From a virus (taxonomy: Duplodnaviria; Caudoviricetes), in the IMG/VR virus record IMGVR_UViG_3300045971_000096, positions 1-54,559 of that record: DNA of 54,559 bases. The stretch is one strand, 5' to 3'. A program made the translations under genes and the position numbers. Position 1 is the stretch's first letter, and every line of letters begins with the position of its first letter. The notes under the pieces were generated by a model, which worked only from the letters and a program-made list of their open reading frames with translations, was not told the origin of the DNA and did no database searches. Below are positions 34,024 to 45,500 of this stretch, one piece after another.

Positions 34024-35339
34024 CATCATCATTAGATTATATCCCAGATGCAGTTCCATATATCATGGAAGGGCAAGTTGTTTCAACAGATGACCCTGAT
34101 CAGATGGGTCGCGTTAGACTCTGGGTGCCAGCATTGGACGGCGAAAATTTTGTAATTGAACAACTTCCTTGGGCTGAGTACGCATCACCATTTGGTGGGT
34201 TTACGGTTGAATATCAAGCAGGGAATGGTACCTCTGATAATAAAGCTCAAACTGCATATGGCTTCTGGGCTATACCGAAAGTTGGTGCAACAGTTTTAGT
34301 TTTTTGTTTGAATGCAAACCCTGCTGCAAGATTTTATTTTGCATCTACTACTCGCCTCCACCGTAATCGTTCATTACCAGCTGGTAGAAATACCGATTTT
34401 AATGGAGCCATTGGCCCATTTGGCGATGATGGCGATGAGAAAGGCAATCTTGTCAAGCTTCAACCAGCATATGATAACTTACGTGAACAGTTCCAGAGCA
34501 AGGTTACGGCTTCTGAAGCGGTAACACGTGGCGCGTATGAGCGCCAAGTAGCGCAAGCTAAGGACGATAAAGATGGTAAAGAAGGTTATTCAAAGAGCCC
34601 AGTAGATACTTACTTAGACCCACAGACTTATTGCATTGTCACTCCTGGTAGACATGCAATAATTATGCAAGATGATCCAAATGGTTCGCGCATTAGATTC
34701 AAAACCGGTGAAGGTCATCAGATTATTTTTGATGACACCAACGAACGCATCTACATGTCAACAGCAAAAGGAAAGAGCTGGGTGGAGTTAGATCAGGATG
34801 GACACATTAATATATTTGGTTCGGATTCTATTAGTGTTAGATCAGGCAAAGACATAAACTTTTTTGCAGATAGAGACATTAATTTAGAAGCTGTTAGAGC
34901 AGTAAACGTCAAAGCAAACACAGGCGATATCAGACTTCATACTGGCAAATCATTCCAACTTAAAGCTGACGCAGACATTAAGCAAAGCGCGTGCGGTATA
35001 TTTGATTTAGACTGCGAAGGAAGCATTAAAGCTACTGCAGCAGCTAGCATGGATTTAAAAGCTGGTTCTAATTTAGCACTTACAGGTGGTTCAGGAGTTG
35101 ATGTTAAGGCAGGTTCAGGCCTAGCACTTACAGGTGGTTCAGGAGTTGACATCAAAGGTGGTGGTGCTGTGAATGTTCAGGGTTCAGCTATTAATCTTAA
35201 CGGCTCAGCTAGGGATGCATCTTCTGCTGCAGCTGCCTCTTGCCCAGAGTTAGCGTTAGATCCAACGGTTGTCCCAGGACATGAACCATGGACACGTCCT
35301 AAATCAACGCAGACCCGTAATAAGAGATGGAAAGAGTGA
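34020..35339 (+). CDS. gp5: Baseplate central spike (gp5/VgrG-like OB-fold plus beta-helix, no lysozyme domain)
   Basis: GQVVSTDDPDQMGRVRLWVP, LPWA, P.VGATVLV, TPGRH..IMQD, 8-aa beta repeats. Confidence 0.88.
   Translation: MTSSLDYIPDAVPYIMEGQVVSTDDPDQMGRVRLWVPALDGENFVIEQLPWAEYASPFGGFTVEYQAGNGTSDNKAQTAYGFWAIPKVGATVLVFCLNANPAARFYFASTTRLHRNRSLPAGRNTDFNGAIGPFGDDGDEKGNLVKLQPAYDNLREQFQSKVTASEAVTRGAYERQVAQAKDDKDGKEGYSKSPVDTYLDPQTYCIVTPGRHAIIMQDDPNGSRIRFKTGEGHQIIFDDTNERIYMSTAKGKSWVELDQDGHINIFGSDSISVRSGKDINFFADRDINLEAVRAVNVKANTGDIRLHTGKSFQLKADADIKQSACGIFDLDCEGSIKATAAASMDLKAGSNLALTGGSGVDVKAGSGLALTGGSGVDIKGGGAVNVQGSAINLNGSARDASSAAAASCPELALDPTVVPGHEPWTRPKSTQTRNKRWKE
35074..35149 (+). repeat. 28-nt direct repeat at 48-nt period inside gp5 beta-helix
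   Basis: TAGCACTTACAGGTGGTTCAGGAGTTGA at 35074 and 35122. Confidence 0.9.
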
Positions 35340-35361
35340 TCTGAGACTTTAGAAAGATTGA

Positions 35362-35367
35362 TAAATA
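35362..35367 (+). promoter_or_regulatory. Late promoter TAAATA for gp25-gp6
   Basis: ATAAATA about 20 nt before ATG 35388. Confidence 0.7.
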
Positions 35368-35387
35368 CATGATAACTTCCTTATGAT

Positions 35388-35759
35388 ATGACTAAAGCGA
35401 TTTACCGCGGATTCTCTACAGCTAACTGGATTACTAATTCAACATTAGGACTGTCTAACATCGAGCTTGTAAAGCGCGATTTGCTAAACCATATCTACAC
35501 TGTTAAGGGTGAACGAGTAATGATGCCGAATTTTGGCACACGTATTCCTACTTTGACATTTGAACCTAATGATGAATTTACTAAAAGAATCATCGAAGAA
35601 GATTTGACAGAAGTGTTTAACTATGACCCACGTGTTAAGCTTATTGGGCTAAACGTCCTAAGTCTACCAGACAATAATTCAATTTTAGCCCTTGCCGATT
35701 TACTGTATGTTGAGTTTAACGTACGCGATACACTCAATATTGAGGTACCTTCCAAATGA
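35388..35759 (+). CDS. gp25: Baseplate wedge / sheath initiator
   Basis: DLLNHIYTVKGERVMMPNFGT.I....FEP, YDPRV. Confidence 0.92.
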   Translation: MTKAIYRGFSTANWITNSTLGLSNIELVKRDLLNHIYTVKGERVMMPNFGTRIPTLTFEPNDEFTKRIIEEDLTEVFNYDPRVKLIGLNVLSLPDNNSILALADLLYVEFNVRDTLNIEVPSK

Positions 35760-38700
35760 CAATTAGAAATACGTATGCTGCAGAAGCATGGGACAAAGTC
35801 TATAATGCTTTCTCTCAGATCAATTTTACGTCTTATGACTATGATACTGTAAAGGAATCCCTTTTACAGTACCTTAAAATTTATCATCCAGAAAACTTCA
35901 ATGACTTCATTGAAAGTTCTGAAATGATTGCACTGCTTGAAATGTTTGCTTATGTAGCGGAACTTCTTGCATACCGTATCGACATGGCATCTCATGAAAA
36001 CTTTATCACAACTGCACAACGCAAGCAGTCTGTCTTGAAGCTTGCACGCCTTATCTCCTATAGAGCATCACGTAATATTCCTGCTCGTGGTCTTGTAAAG
36101 ATAAACACTGTTAAGACAACAGAAGATATTTTTGACTCATTAGGCAACAACATTGCTGGAACAACTATTACTTGGAACGATCCAAATAATACAAACTGGA
36201 AAGAACAGTTCTTCCTAGTAATGAACAAGACGATGACGTCAAAGTTTGGTCAGCCTTCTAAAGCATTCCAAATTGGCGATGTGTCAATGCAATTGTATAC
36301 ACTCAACAATGCTCCTAACACATTTAGAAATGGTGTGTTCGCATTCTCTGCTAGTAGCACATCTGAACAAGTGCAAATGGAATTAGTTCCATCAGACATC
36401 GATTCGAACGGTCCATTCGAACGTGCTCCAGATATGAATGCCCAATTCAATATCATTTACGCGGCTGACGGTAAGGGTGATGGCTCTGACTTCACAGGCT
36501 TTTTAGGTTTCGTTAAGCAAGGTACACTTCTTAAGACCGATTATGCAATCACTGAACCGATTGCCAACCGTCGTATTGCGATCAATGCTATCAATGTAAA
36601 TGATACTGACGTATGGGTTTACCGTGTTAACGACCTTAATGCTATTATTGAAAATTGGATTAGAGTTGAGACTCTTAATGAACAAAATATCTATTTTAAC
36701 AACACTGAAGCATCACGTAAGAAGTATGAAATTGAAACACTTGAGAATGATCAGATCGCTTTAGTATTTGGTGATGGTAATTTTAGTGATACAGCTGTTG
36801 GCAACTTCCAGTTCTGGGCTCGTGTTTCTGTTAACCAGACTTTGACTATTCCTAAGAATAGAATCTCCGGTCAGCAAATGAGCTTCTCATATGTTAATAA
36901 GAGTAACGTTACCCAAGAATGTGCGTTAACATTCTCACTGACCGCTCCTATCCAAAACAATGCTGCATCTGAATCAATCGAACACGTACGTCAATCTGCT
37001 CCATCAACATACTACGCTCAAAATCGTATGGTTAACGGACAAGATTACAACACTTACATGTTGAAGGATCCAACTATCCTTCGCTTGAAGACAGTTAATA
37101 GAACGTTTGCTGGCCAACCAAAATATATTGAGTGGAACGATTCATCACGTACTTATGAAAATGTGAAATTGTTTGGTGATGATCTTACACTACTTTATGA
37201 TATTACTGCAGACCAAGTGGACACCACGTCAAGTTCTAAGACTCTTATTGATAGCTTCATTGAACCAGTTTTTCAATCTAGTGCTCTTCTTAATGTGCTG
37301 TCTTATGTGTTATCAGCGTCAAATAATTCTGAAGGAATTATTAGTTATCCTCGCAGAAAATTTATCGAAGATAACCGTCAGATTTATTTCCAAGCAGACG
37401 GGGTAACACCTGTTGCTCCATATGCAAGTGCCGGAGATGGTAGCTTGAATGAAAAAACAGTTATTCAGTCAGCGCTTGATCAACATTGGTACGGTGAAGC
37501 AGTTACATATGCTATCATTAATGGTATTAGACATGGCGTTATTCTTGACCCTGTTTTAAATCCTAAGGATGATAGCCGAATTTATATGGCTGACTTACCG
37601 CGGACTATTGATAGTATTAACACATGGCCACCAGGCGATACTGGGTCTGGAGTGCAACAAGTTGGTAGACAGCCTAGCTTCGGTTTAAAATTTAACCGCT
37701 TCTTAGGAATGTTTGGTAATGGAACTATTGAGTTAAGCCAATTAGATAATGAGATGTCGGATGGCTATTTAAGTGGATTTAAAAATGCGGTTGAGACACT
37801 TACTATTGAAATGACATCTGATGGTGTGAACTTCACCGTCATTAGTAATTTACGCGGAAAACTTCCAAACTACAGTTTAGATATGAGCGTCACGAATGCT
37901 AGCTCATATTGGTCTGCACAAACAGTTAAGAAACTTCCTGTAGATTTTTCTATTGTTCAAGGCACTACAGTTTTCGAACAAGGCGATGCATTTATCATTG
38001 ATCTCCAGTATTATCCTGGCGACGGATGGGGATACAGCCTTAGAAATATGGGATCAGCTATAGGACGTCAAGGAACAAATCTTAATGGCTGGTGGGAATT
38101 AATTCCTTCTAACATTATTGCAAGTGCTTTCCCTTCAGGACCAAATGCTGTCAATGGTATGACATTTGACCCTAACAATAAAGCTGACGGTACAGTCAAT
38201 CCTAATTCCTGGGTATTCCTAGTTTTTAGAAATGATAATCCTGGAACTGGTGAAGTAAAAAGCTGGTCTATTTTCAGCAGAAATATGAAGGTAGTTGCCG
38301 AGAGTTTGTCAACTAAGTTCTGGTTTAACCAGGATACTCAGATCATTGACTCAAGTACAAAGAAGCCAGTGTTTGACAAGATTAGAATTCTACGTTCTAA
38401 TCTAGATGAAAATAATTTACCGCTACAAAAGGCTGATGTGTATGACACGGTTGGATTTGTGTATGATAATGATGGTGTCGTAAACTTTAATCGTATTGAA
38501 CTATTACCAACTGATACTATTAATTTTACACAAGCTGGTGATTCAACTCCCGATAATCTACTTCAGTTTATTTCATTCTCAAAGAACTCATTTGACTTCT
38601 TTGTTATAGATACACAGGACCCTAAGAATCCTATAACAGGATCTGCATTACCAATTACAACACCCGCAACATTCGATTATTACTTCAATAATAGCAGTGG

Positions 38701-39457
38701 CAAGTATGAAATTTCGGTACCATCATATGATACACAACCATTTGTTTTTGCTAATGATAGCATTAATGTTGCGTATGTTATGCTTGGGGGTGTAATTGAC
38801 ACCAGCGTTCAGTTCCAAATCTTACGTAGAAGAACAGTAAAGAATTTAGATTTTATGTGGCAGCACTTTAGCCCAGTAACGCACCTAATTGATCCGTCAG
38901 TTACCAATATCCATGACGCATTTTTAATGACTCGTGGTTACTATACTAATGTGACAAACTACATTAAGGGTTATACTGACATCGAGCCACAACCGCCGAC
39001 TCCTTTAGACCTACGAACTTCATATGGTTATCTTTTGACTAACAAGATGCTATCAGATACTGTAGTTCTTCATTCTGGCAGAATCAAGTTACTGTTTGGT
39101 GCTAAAGCAGATCAACGCTTAAGAGCAATCTTTAAGGTTGTAAAGGCACAGGGTGCAACCTTCTCTGATGAACGCATTAAATCTGAAACAGTTGGTGTTA
39201 TCGATACATATTTCGATATTCAGAACTGGGAATTCGGTGATAAATTTTATGCTACTGAGCTAATTTCATTGATTCACCAGAAGATGCCTACTCAGATTGC
39301 TTCCGTTGTTCTTGTACCTACATACTCCGTTAACTCTTTTGGTTCATTATTCACTATTGATTCAGGATTCGATGAAATTCTTCAATCAGCAGCCACCGTT
39401 AATGACATCGAGATAGTTGATGCGCTTACACCTACAGTCCTACGTCAAGTAAGATAA
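35756..39457 (+). CDS. gp6: Baseplate wedge protein, enlarged (1233 aa)
   Basis: FNDFIESSE.IAL, ENFITTAQR..SVLKLA..ISY, FGDGNF, ESIEHVRQSAP..YYAQNRMVNGQDY. Confidence 0.88.
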   Translation: MTIRNTYAAEAWDKVYNAFSQINFTSYDYDTVKESLLQYLKIYHPENFNDFIESSEMIALLEMFAYVAELLAYRIDMASHENFITTAQRKQSVLKLARLISYRASRNIPARGLVKINTVKTTEDIFDSLGNNIAGTTITWNDPNNTNWKEQFFLVMNKTMTSKFGQPSKAFQIGDVSMQLYTLNNAPNTFRNGVFAFSASSTSEQVQMELVPSDIDSNGPFERAPDMNAQFNIIYAADGKGDGSDFTGFLGFVKQGTLLKTDYAITEPIANRRIAINAINVNDTDVWVYRVNDLNAIIENWIRVETLNEQNIYFNNTEASRKKYEIETLENDQIALVFGDGNFSDTAVGNFQFWARVSVNQTLTIPKNRISGQQMSFSYVNKSNVTQECALTFSLTAPIQNNAASESIEHVRQSAPSTYYAQNRMVNGQDYNTYMLKDPTILRLKTVNRTFAGQPKYIEWNDSSRTYENVKLFGDDLTLLYDITADQVDTTSSSKTLIDSFIEPVFQSSALLNVLSYVLSASNNSEGIISYPRRKFIEDNRQIYFQADGVTPVAPYASAGDGSLNEKTVIQSALDQHWYGEAVTYAIINGIRHGVILDPVLNPKDDSRIYMADLPRTIDSINTWPPGDTGSGVQQVGRQPSFGLKFNRFLGMFGNGTIELSQLDNEMSDGYLSGFKNAVETLTIEMTSDGVNFTVISNLRGKLPNYSLDMSVTNASSYWSAQTVKKLPVDFSIVQGTTVFEQGDAFIIDLQYYPGDGWGYSLRNMGSAIGRQGTNLNGWWELIPSNIIASAFPSGPNAVNGMTFDPNNKADGTVNPNSWVFLVFRNDNPGTGEVKSWSIFSRNMKVVAESLSTKFWFNQDTQIIDSSTKKPVFDKIRILRSNLDENNLPLQKADVYDTVGFVYDNDGVVNFNRIELLPTDTINFTQAGDSTPDNLLQFISFSKNSFDFFVIDTQDPKNPITGSALPITTPATFDYYFNNSSGKYEISVPSYDTQPFVFANDSINVAYVMLGGVIDTSVQFQILRRRTVKNLDFMWQHFSPVTHLIDPSVTNIHDAFLMTRGYYTNVTNYIKGYTDIEPQPPTPLDLRTSYGYLLTNKMLSDTVVLHSGRIKLLFGAKADQRLRAIFKVVKAQGATFSDERIKSETVGVIDTYFDIQNWEFGDKFYATELISLIHQKMPTQIASVVLVPTYSVNSFGSLFTIDSGFDEILQSAATVNDIEIVDALTPTVLRQVR

Positions 39458-39480
39458 TCAGGTAATCACATTTTGGGGCT

Positions 39481-39516
39481 TTAAGAAGATGGATAAATAC
39501 ATTATCCACTTCTTAA
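39481..39516 (+). promoter_or_regulatory. Late promoter TAAATA (39494-39499) at the centre of an inverted repeat
   Basis: TTAAGAAG-A-TGGATAA / TTATCCA-CTTCTTAA. Confidence 0.7.
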
Positions 39517-39538
39517 GACTACTGGGCACGCTCCAAAT

Positions 39539-42500
39539 ATGGCAAGTCAAAATCTAGACCTAAAAAAATTACTACCACTTTCAACTAGAAATGAGATGTT
39601 GGACAGTTTGATGTCTAACATGTTCAATAACTTTGTCTCAGAAGAACAGAGCGTTTTAGTTAATGGTAGAGTAGGTAAAACCGCAGACGGTGATTCTAAC
39701 ATTCAAGCAGCTAATCTCGATCGCGAAATTAATGCTCTTATACCTGCATTATACACTAAGGTCGGGTCTGAAGAAAACATTTTTACATTTGAAGATATTC
39801 TTAATAAGCTTAATGCGCTTGATACTGATACCGGTAATCTTCGTGAGTGGATGGCTGAGCAGTCATTCAATTACTCCTTGCCGGTTAATTACGATAAGTT
39901 TATTAACTACACCAACTATTACTGGATAGGTAAAGAATTATTGGCTGGTGGAAAAATAGCAGCACGTGCTTACAACCCAACTGTCGAACCTGAGTTCTAT
40001 TTAATATCAAAGCCCGCTCCAGATGATCTAGTTAAGATGGATGTCGATCTGGCTACGAACACTGCAACAGACGGGTATACCCAACTATGGGCTAATGGAA
40101 GACCACCAGAAGTATTCACGATTGCGTTTACTTCTAATCGTACATTCACTGTTACTAGTGATTTCGATGGCATGCAGAATTTACCTGGTAATGCTACACC
40201 AATTCAAATACGTATTAATAATGGTCCGTTAATGATGGTTGGCAATTTACCGTCAATTGTACCAACAGCACAGACACTAGTTACACTTTATGCAAGTGGT
40301 ATGGATCTAGTGTCATTCGTTGTAACAGTTGGATCAAACCATTTTTCTTCTGGTGACGTGTTCACTTTGAAGATTACATATTTCACGAGTAACATTGTTG
40401 TTACACTAGATACGATTAATCCTATTGGTAAGGGTGCGATAAGCGGTTCGCAGACAGTATCGCAGATGGCTACTATTGATGGGGTCAGGCTCACTGGCGG
40501 CGAACGCATCTTAGTTAAAGATAACCATGATGGCACCGACGGTATATACCACGTGTATACAGATAGACAGTGGGAAAGAACAAGCGACGCTGCTTTAGAT
40601 TCAAACTTAGTGATTGATTCAACTGTCCACGTTTTGAATGGCACTCAAGCCGGTAGTAACTGGATAATTTCATCTGAAACATTAAATGTTAATCCTACTA
40701 GTTCATTTACCAAGTCAGTTAATTTTACGTATGAATCTAATTTCGAATCTCAGATAAATGAATGGCAAAGAGTTAACTACTGGCTACATCGCGATGACTT
40801 TGCAGATGCTGCATCATTAGGAGTTACCTTTAATAAATCTATTCGTGCTAACAGACCTATTATCGAATATCGCAATTCTATTGAAAAGAATTTAGCTAAA
40901 GATGCTAATGGACGCCCAACAGTCGGTAGAAATATTCGTCAAGATAAAACTGAATTTAATCAAATTCCGCAATTTAATCTTTATAGATATGATGGCACGC
41001 ACCAAAGCTCATCATCTGGTTTGTTTTATTATGTAGAAGATCCAGATTATCCAACTGACTTGGTACTTCGCCGCCGCGTAAAGACTACTGCTGATTATGA
41101 TTTTATTTTTGGTATGGGTATCAAGGATGCAGATGGTCGCTTGCTGTATTATAAAGATAATGGCCGTCTAGTATCCGTTTGGCGTGAGGGTGTTATTGCT
41201 AACACGTCAACTCAACCTGTTATTTGGTCGGGTGCACTCAATAAGGGCATGCTAGTTCTTGATGAAATTACTTCCATTGCTGATAATCAAGCATGGACAA
41301 TATCTGCCATAAATGACACTACATTTTCTGTTATTGGTTCGCGCAGCGGTAGATTAGCTGATGCAACTGTCGGAGTACCATACCCTGGATTAGATCCATA
41401 TTCTACAGCAGAAGTAAAATTTACTATTAATGCTGGAGCTGAGCCTTTTGTTTATGGCGAAAATTTTACGTTCATTATTCACACAAAGATTACTCCTCGT
41501 TATGTAAAAAAGAATCTTGACGGATCAATTGTAAATTATCCAGGTGGTGTTAACGCCGATTTTAATGATGGCACAATAACTGGTGCATGGATGAATCCAG
41601 CCCGCATGTTTGAAAATCTTGAACGTGAAACTAGATCAGAAATTAATTTCGGTGACTTGCTTAATCATACTCGTAATGTAATTAAAAACCAAAATGGATT
41701 TATTGGTACATCATACGGTATTAACAATCTTCGTACACTCACATTCAATCCTGGCCTTGGCGGATCAATCAGAGAGTTTGGCAGCAACTTTCCGCTACTT
41801 GCGTCGATGATGATTCAAAATGACATATCACCACTGACTATTTTAGATTTTGCTGAACAACAGTATTTAACAGCACTATCTAGTATAGATCAGTTTATGG
41901 TCAACGATTATCCTGTATATCTTACTGAAAAGACAGGCGTAACCACCACTACTATTTCACCAGATGCAGTCGATATTCAAGCACTAGAAACCTATTTTGA
42001 AGATCTTCGTACTAGTAATATACTACTTAAGAATACATTTACAGATACATCTGCTAAGGTAGCCTGCTGGCCCGCAACACTCCCTATGATGGGCATATGC
42101 CCAGCAGTATTGCCAACTATTGTATTCGACAATGAGCTTGGCCTGGATATGATTGTTCACCATGATGGTCATATTACCCCAGTCTCTCATAGAAATATAG
42201 ATTTTGATATGTTACTCGTCAAGACACAGGTAACACGATCAGATGGAACTGTTGCTGCTGGTATTTTTTCAGATACTACACCGTTAAGTCCATATGCTAG
42301 ACAGTTATGGTACAAAACTTCCACAACACGAGTGTGGATGTTTAATGTTACCACTGATGCTGTTTCTCCTGGCACCGGAAAAGACGGTGATATTTGGTTT
42401 ATTCGTGCTATTGGCGAGTTTAGATACTGGGATTCAATTGGTCAAACATGGTTGACATTAGCAGATCAAAACCCACTTAGTTACTGGGTAGAAATTTCAA

Positions 42501-45500
42501 CAGCCAATATTCGTAATAGCTTAGTCTTAGCTGTTGAAAATAAGTTGTTTGCTTCTGTACATCCTTCTATGAATGTTTCAGTTGATATATTTGGCGCGAC
42601 AAGTTCAGCATACTCTAAAATTGAACTTGCAAAATATTCTGCAAAATATGGATATGACACATATGTTCCTGACTATAATGCAGCAGATCCATTCACCTGG
42701 AACTATAGAATTAAATTAGGTCAAGCCCGTTGGTTTGACGTATATAAAGCTTACTTTAACGGGTTGGCTGCTACTACATGCAGACCCAATCTTGAGCCCT
42801 GGAGATTTGGAACAGTAAGTATTCCACCATCTATTAATAAGCCAGCAAATTGGGACAGTACATATAAATCTAATGTCCAGACAACTGGCAATACTACTAA
42901 TGCAACAGTCGTAGCTACTGACAATATTCCACTCTTGAGTGGAGAAATTTTCATAGATGGAATAGTTGTCGGTGCCGGCGATATAGTATTGGTTATTAAC
43001 CAGAGTGATCCAATCTATAATGGACTGTATACTGCCGGTGTTGGTGGATGGGCACGGGTTGCTGTACCCATTGTTCATGGGCTAACAGTTATTGTTGCTG
43101 ATGGCGATAAGTATAAGGGCACAACTTGGGTGCAAACTGCAGTAGACCCAATATATGTTGCGCCTAATGTTGACCCATCATCTAATGCTCCATCTGTAAT
43201 AACTTTTGAACAATATAGACTTTGGTTATCGGTAATGTGGGATGATGTTAAAGCATATCGTGACATTCATTACCCTGGGCTCAAGCTTTGCGTTAACATT
43301 TACAATGATGAATTGCTCCCACCATACGTAAGTTCTGATAATATTGCTGGCAATGAATCACTGCTAACCGTACAACCATCAAATGCTGATATAGTTGGAT
43401 ACGCAAGTAGCTATTCTTTTGGCGAAAATGGTCCAATTGAAACTGCTTGGAAGAAATCTATTGAGTATTACTATGGTCTCGCACGTAGTTACTTCAGAAC
43501 AAACCCGCTTAAATTCCTGGACAAAACATGGGGTGACACTTACATAACAGTACCTGGCAATGTACGTGTAGAGCGAAATTTGATGGCTCCTATCCCTGCT
43601 AACAAGTTCCTACTACATGGTGAAAAGCTCAATATTATTAATTCATATCTTCCATATGAAGTCGCTAATCGTATTTCAGGTCTACCAACGCCATTAGATT
43701 TACCAGTTGCCATTGCCACTACTTCTGACATACTATTGACTGGCCTGCAAAAGATAGATGGCATAGACGTTGTTGTTAATGATCGAGTATTAGTTAAAAA
43801 TCAAATCATCCCTGCTGACAATGGCATTTATATTGTCTCTGCTGGCGCATGGACTAGAGCAACAGATTTTGATCAACCAGTGCAGATTAACTCTTCAGTT
43901 GTTTATGTCTTAGGTGGATTGTCAAATAAGTTAACTCATTGGGTCCAGACAGCCGCACTTACAGCTTTAGGTGATCAAATAGCATTTGAATATATCAGTG
44001 CATATGATTTTGAAGTAACATATTGCGGTGACGATTTAACTGTTGTTAGCATGACCAGCAGTGGAACATTTAAATCGTACATTACTGTTAATGATTTAAC
44101 TGCTCCAGTAAGCATCGTTGATAAAGGAATTCCTTATTCATTAGGCGAAAAATTATCTGTACGCTTTACAGCAGGTGTAATTGTTTATTCACATACACCT
44201 GCAATAGTTAAGAAATTTAATGGGCTTGGCCAAATATTCACAAACCTTTTAAGATATAATTATGTTGATACTGAACTATCAACAGCGGTTGCTTCTTACC
44301 GTGGATGGGCCGTTAAGCTTGTTCATAGACTTGGTGCGATGATTCGTCCAGATACGCTTACAATTAATACTACACAGGGCGATTTACCATCTACTGGTTT
44401 CAATGTCATATTGAAGAAGTCCATTGATACACAGAGTCTTTGGATTTCAGCATTACGTATTCAATTAGTTAAGCAGGGTTCTCGCAAGTTAAATTCAGAC
44501 GGTCTGTATGTTCCGCTTTCCGATGCTAGTGATTGGATCTTTAGAATCGAATCATATAATCCGCAGCACCCTGTTATTGATAAGTATACATTAGATGATG
44601 CTGGAGAATTCCAGACATTCTATGCACTTAATAAAGTAAACACAGATATAGCTTGGAAGAAATTTACTTCTAAAACTGTTCTAGAAACAGTTACTGTTCC
44701 AGTAGTAATAACCGGTCTTCAGAATGTTATCACTTATGTTTACGGGTATACTGATAGATTAGATGATATTGGCTGGACTATCAATACAGACTTTCCTATT
44801 ACAGATAGTGAGACTGGTAGAAACATAAATTGGCAATTAGAAATAGAAAAGCTTATTAATCGTGTTTATGGTGGAATGACTATTGGTCAAGGTCACATCT
44901 TGAATCCATTTATGGATAAATTATCCATTAATACTCCAGTTGGATTGTTAGGCAAATTTTCAGAGTCAAATTATATTGACGCGTATTCTATGCAAGCAGC
45001 ATATGACGTGTATGGTAAGGTGATACCTGTTAAATCTCTAAATGTTATTCGTACTGATGCTGGTACTACAGCCTATTCAAATACTCCAATATTTTCTGCC
45101 CATGTATTCATTGATGAATATGAACACGTTATCTTAATGAACCAAAAGTTCTCTGATGAATTCTCATCAGCTACTGTGTTCGATACATTCTTAGGTCTCC
45201 GCCTAAACACTGCTTATCTAAGTTTCATTAGACAGGCATATGCGAACCGCAAGCCAACGTTTAATGGTTTCTTCTTGAATGGCAATGACGTAAATCGTAA
45301 CATGTCATCCTCAATTAGCACCATATCAAATTACTATGATGCTAGTCAGACATTCTATGAACCAACAACTGCACGACATGGTTTGGCATTGTTAGGTTTC
45401 ACTCATAAAGATTACTTTAAAGCAATCAATGTAAATGATACTACACAGTTTAATTTCTGGAGAGGGTTGATTCAGGCTAAAGGTACTAACATGGCTATCG

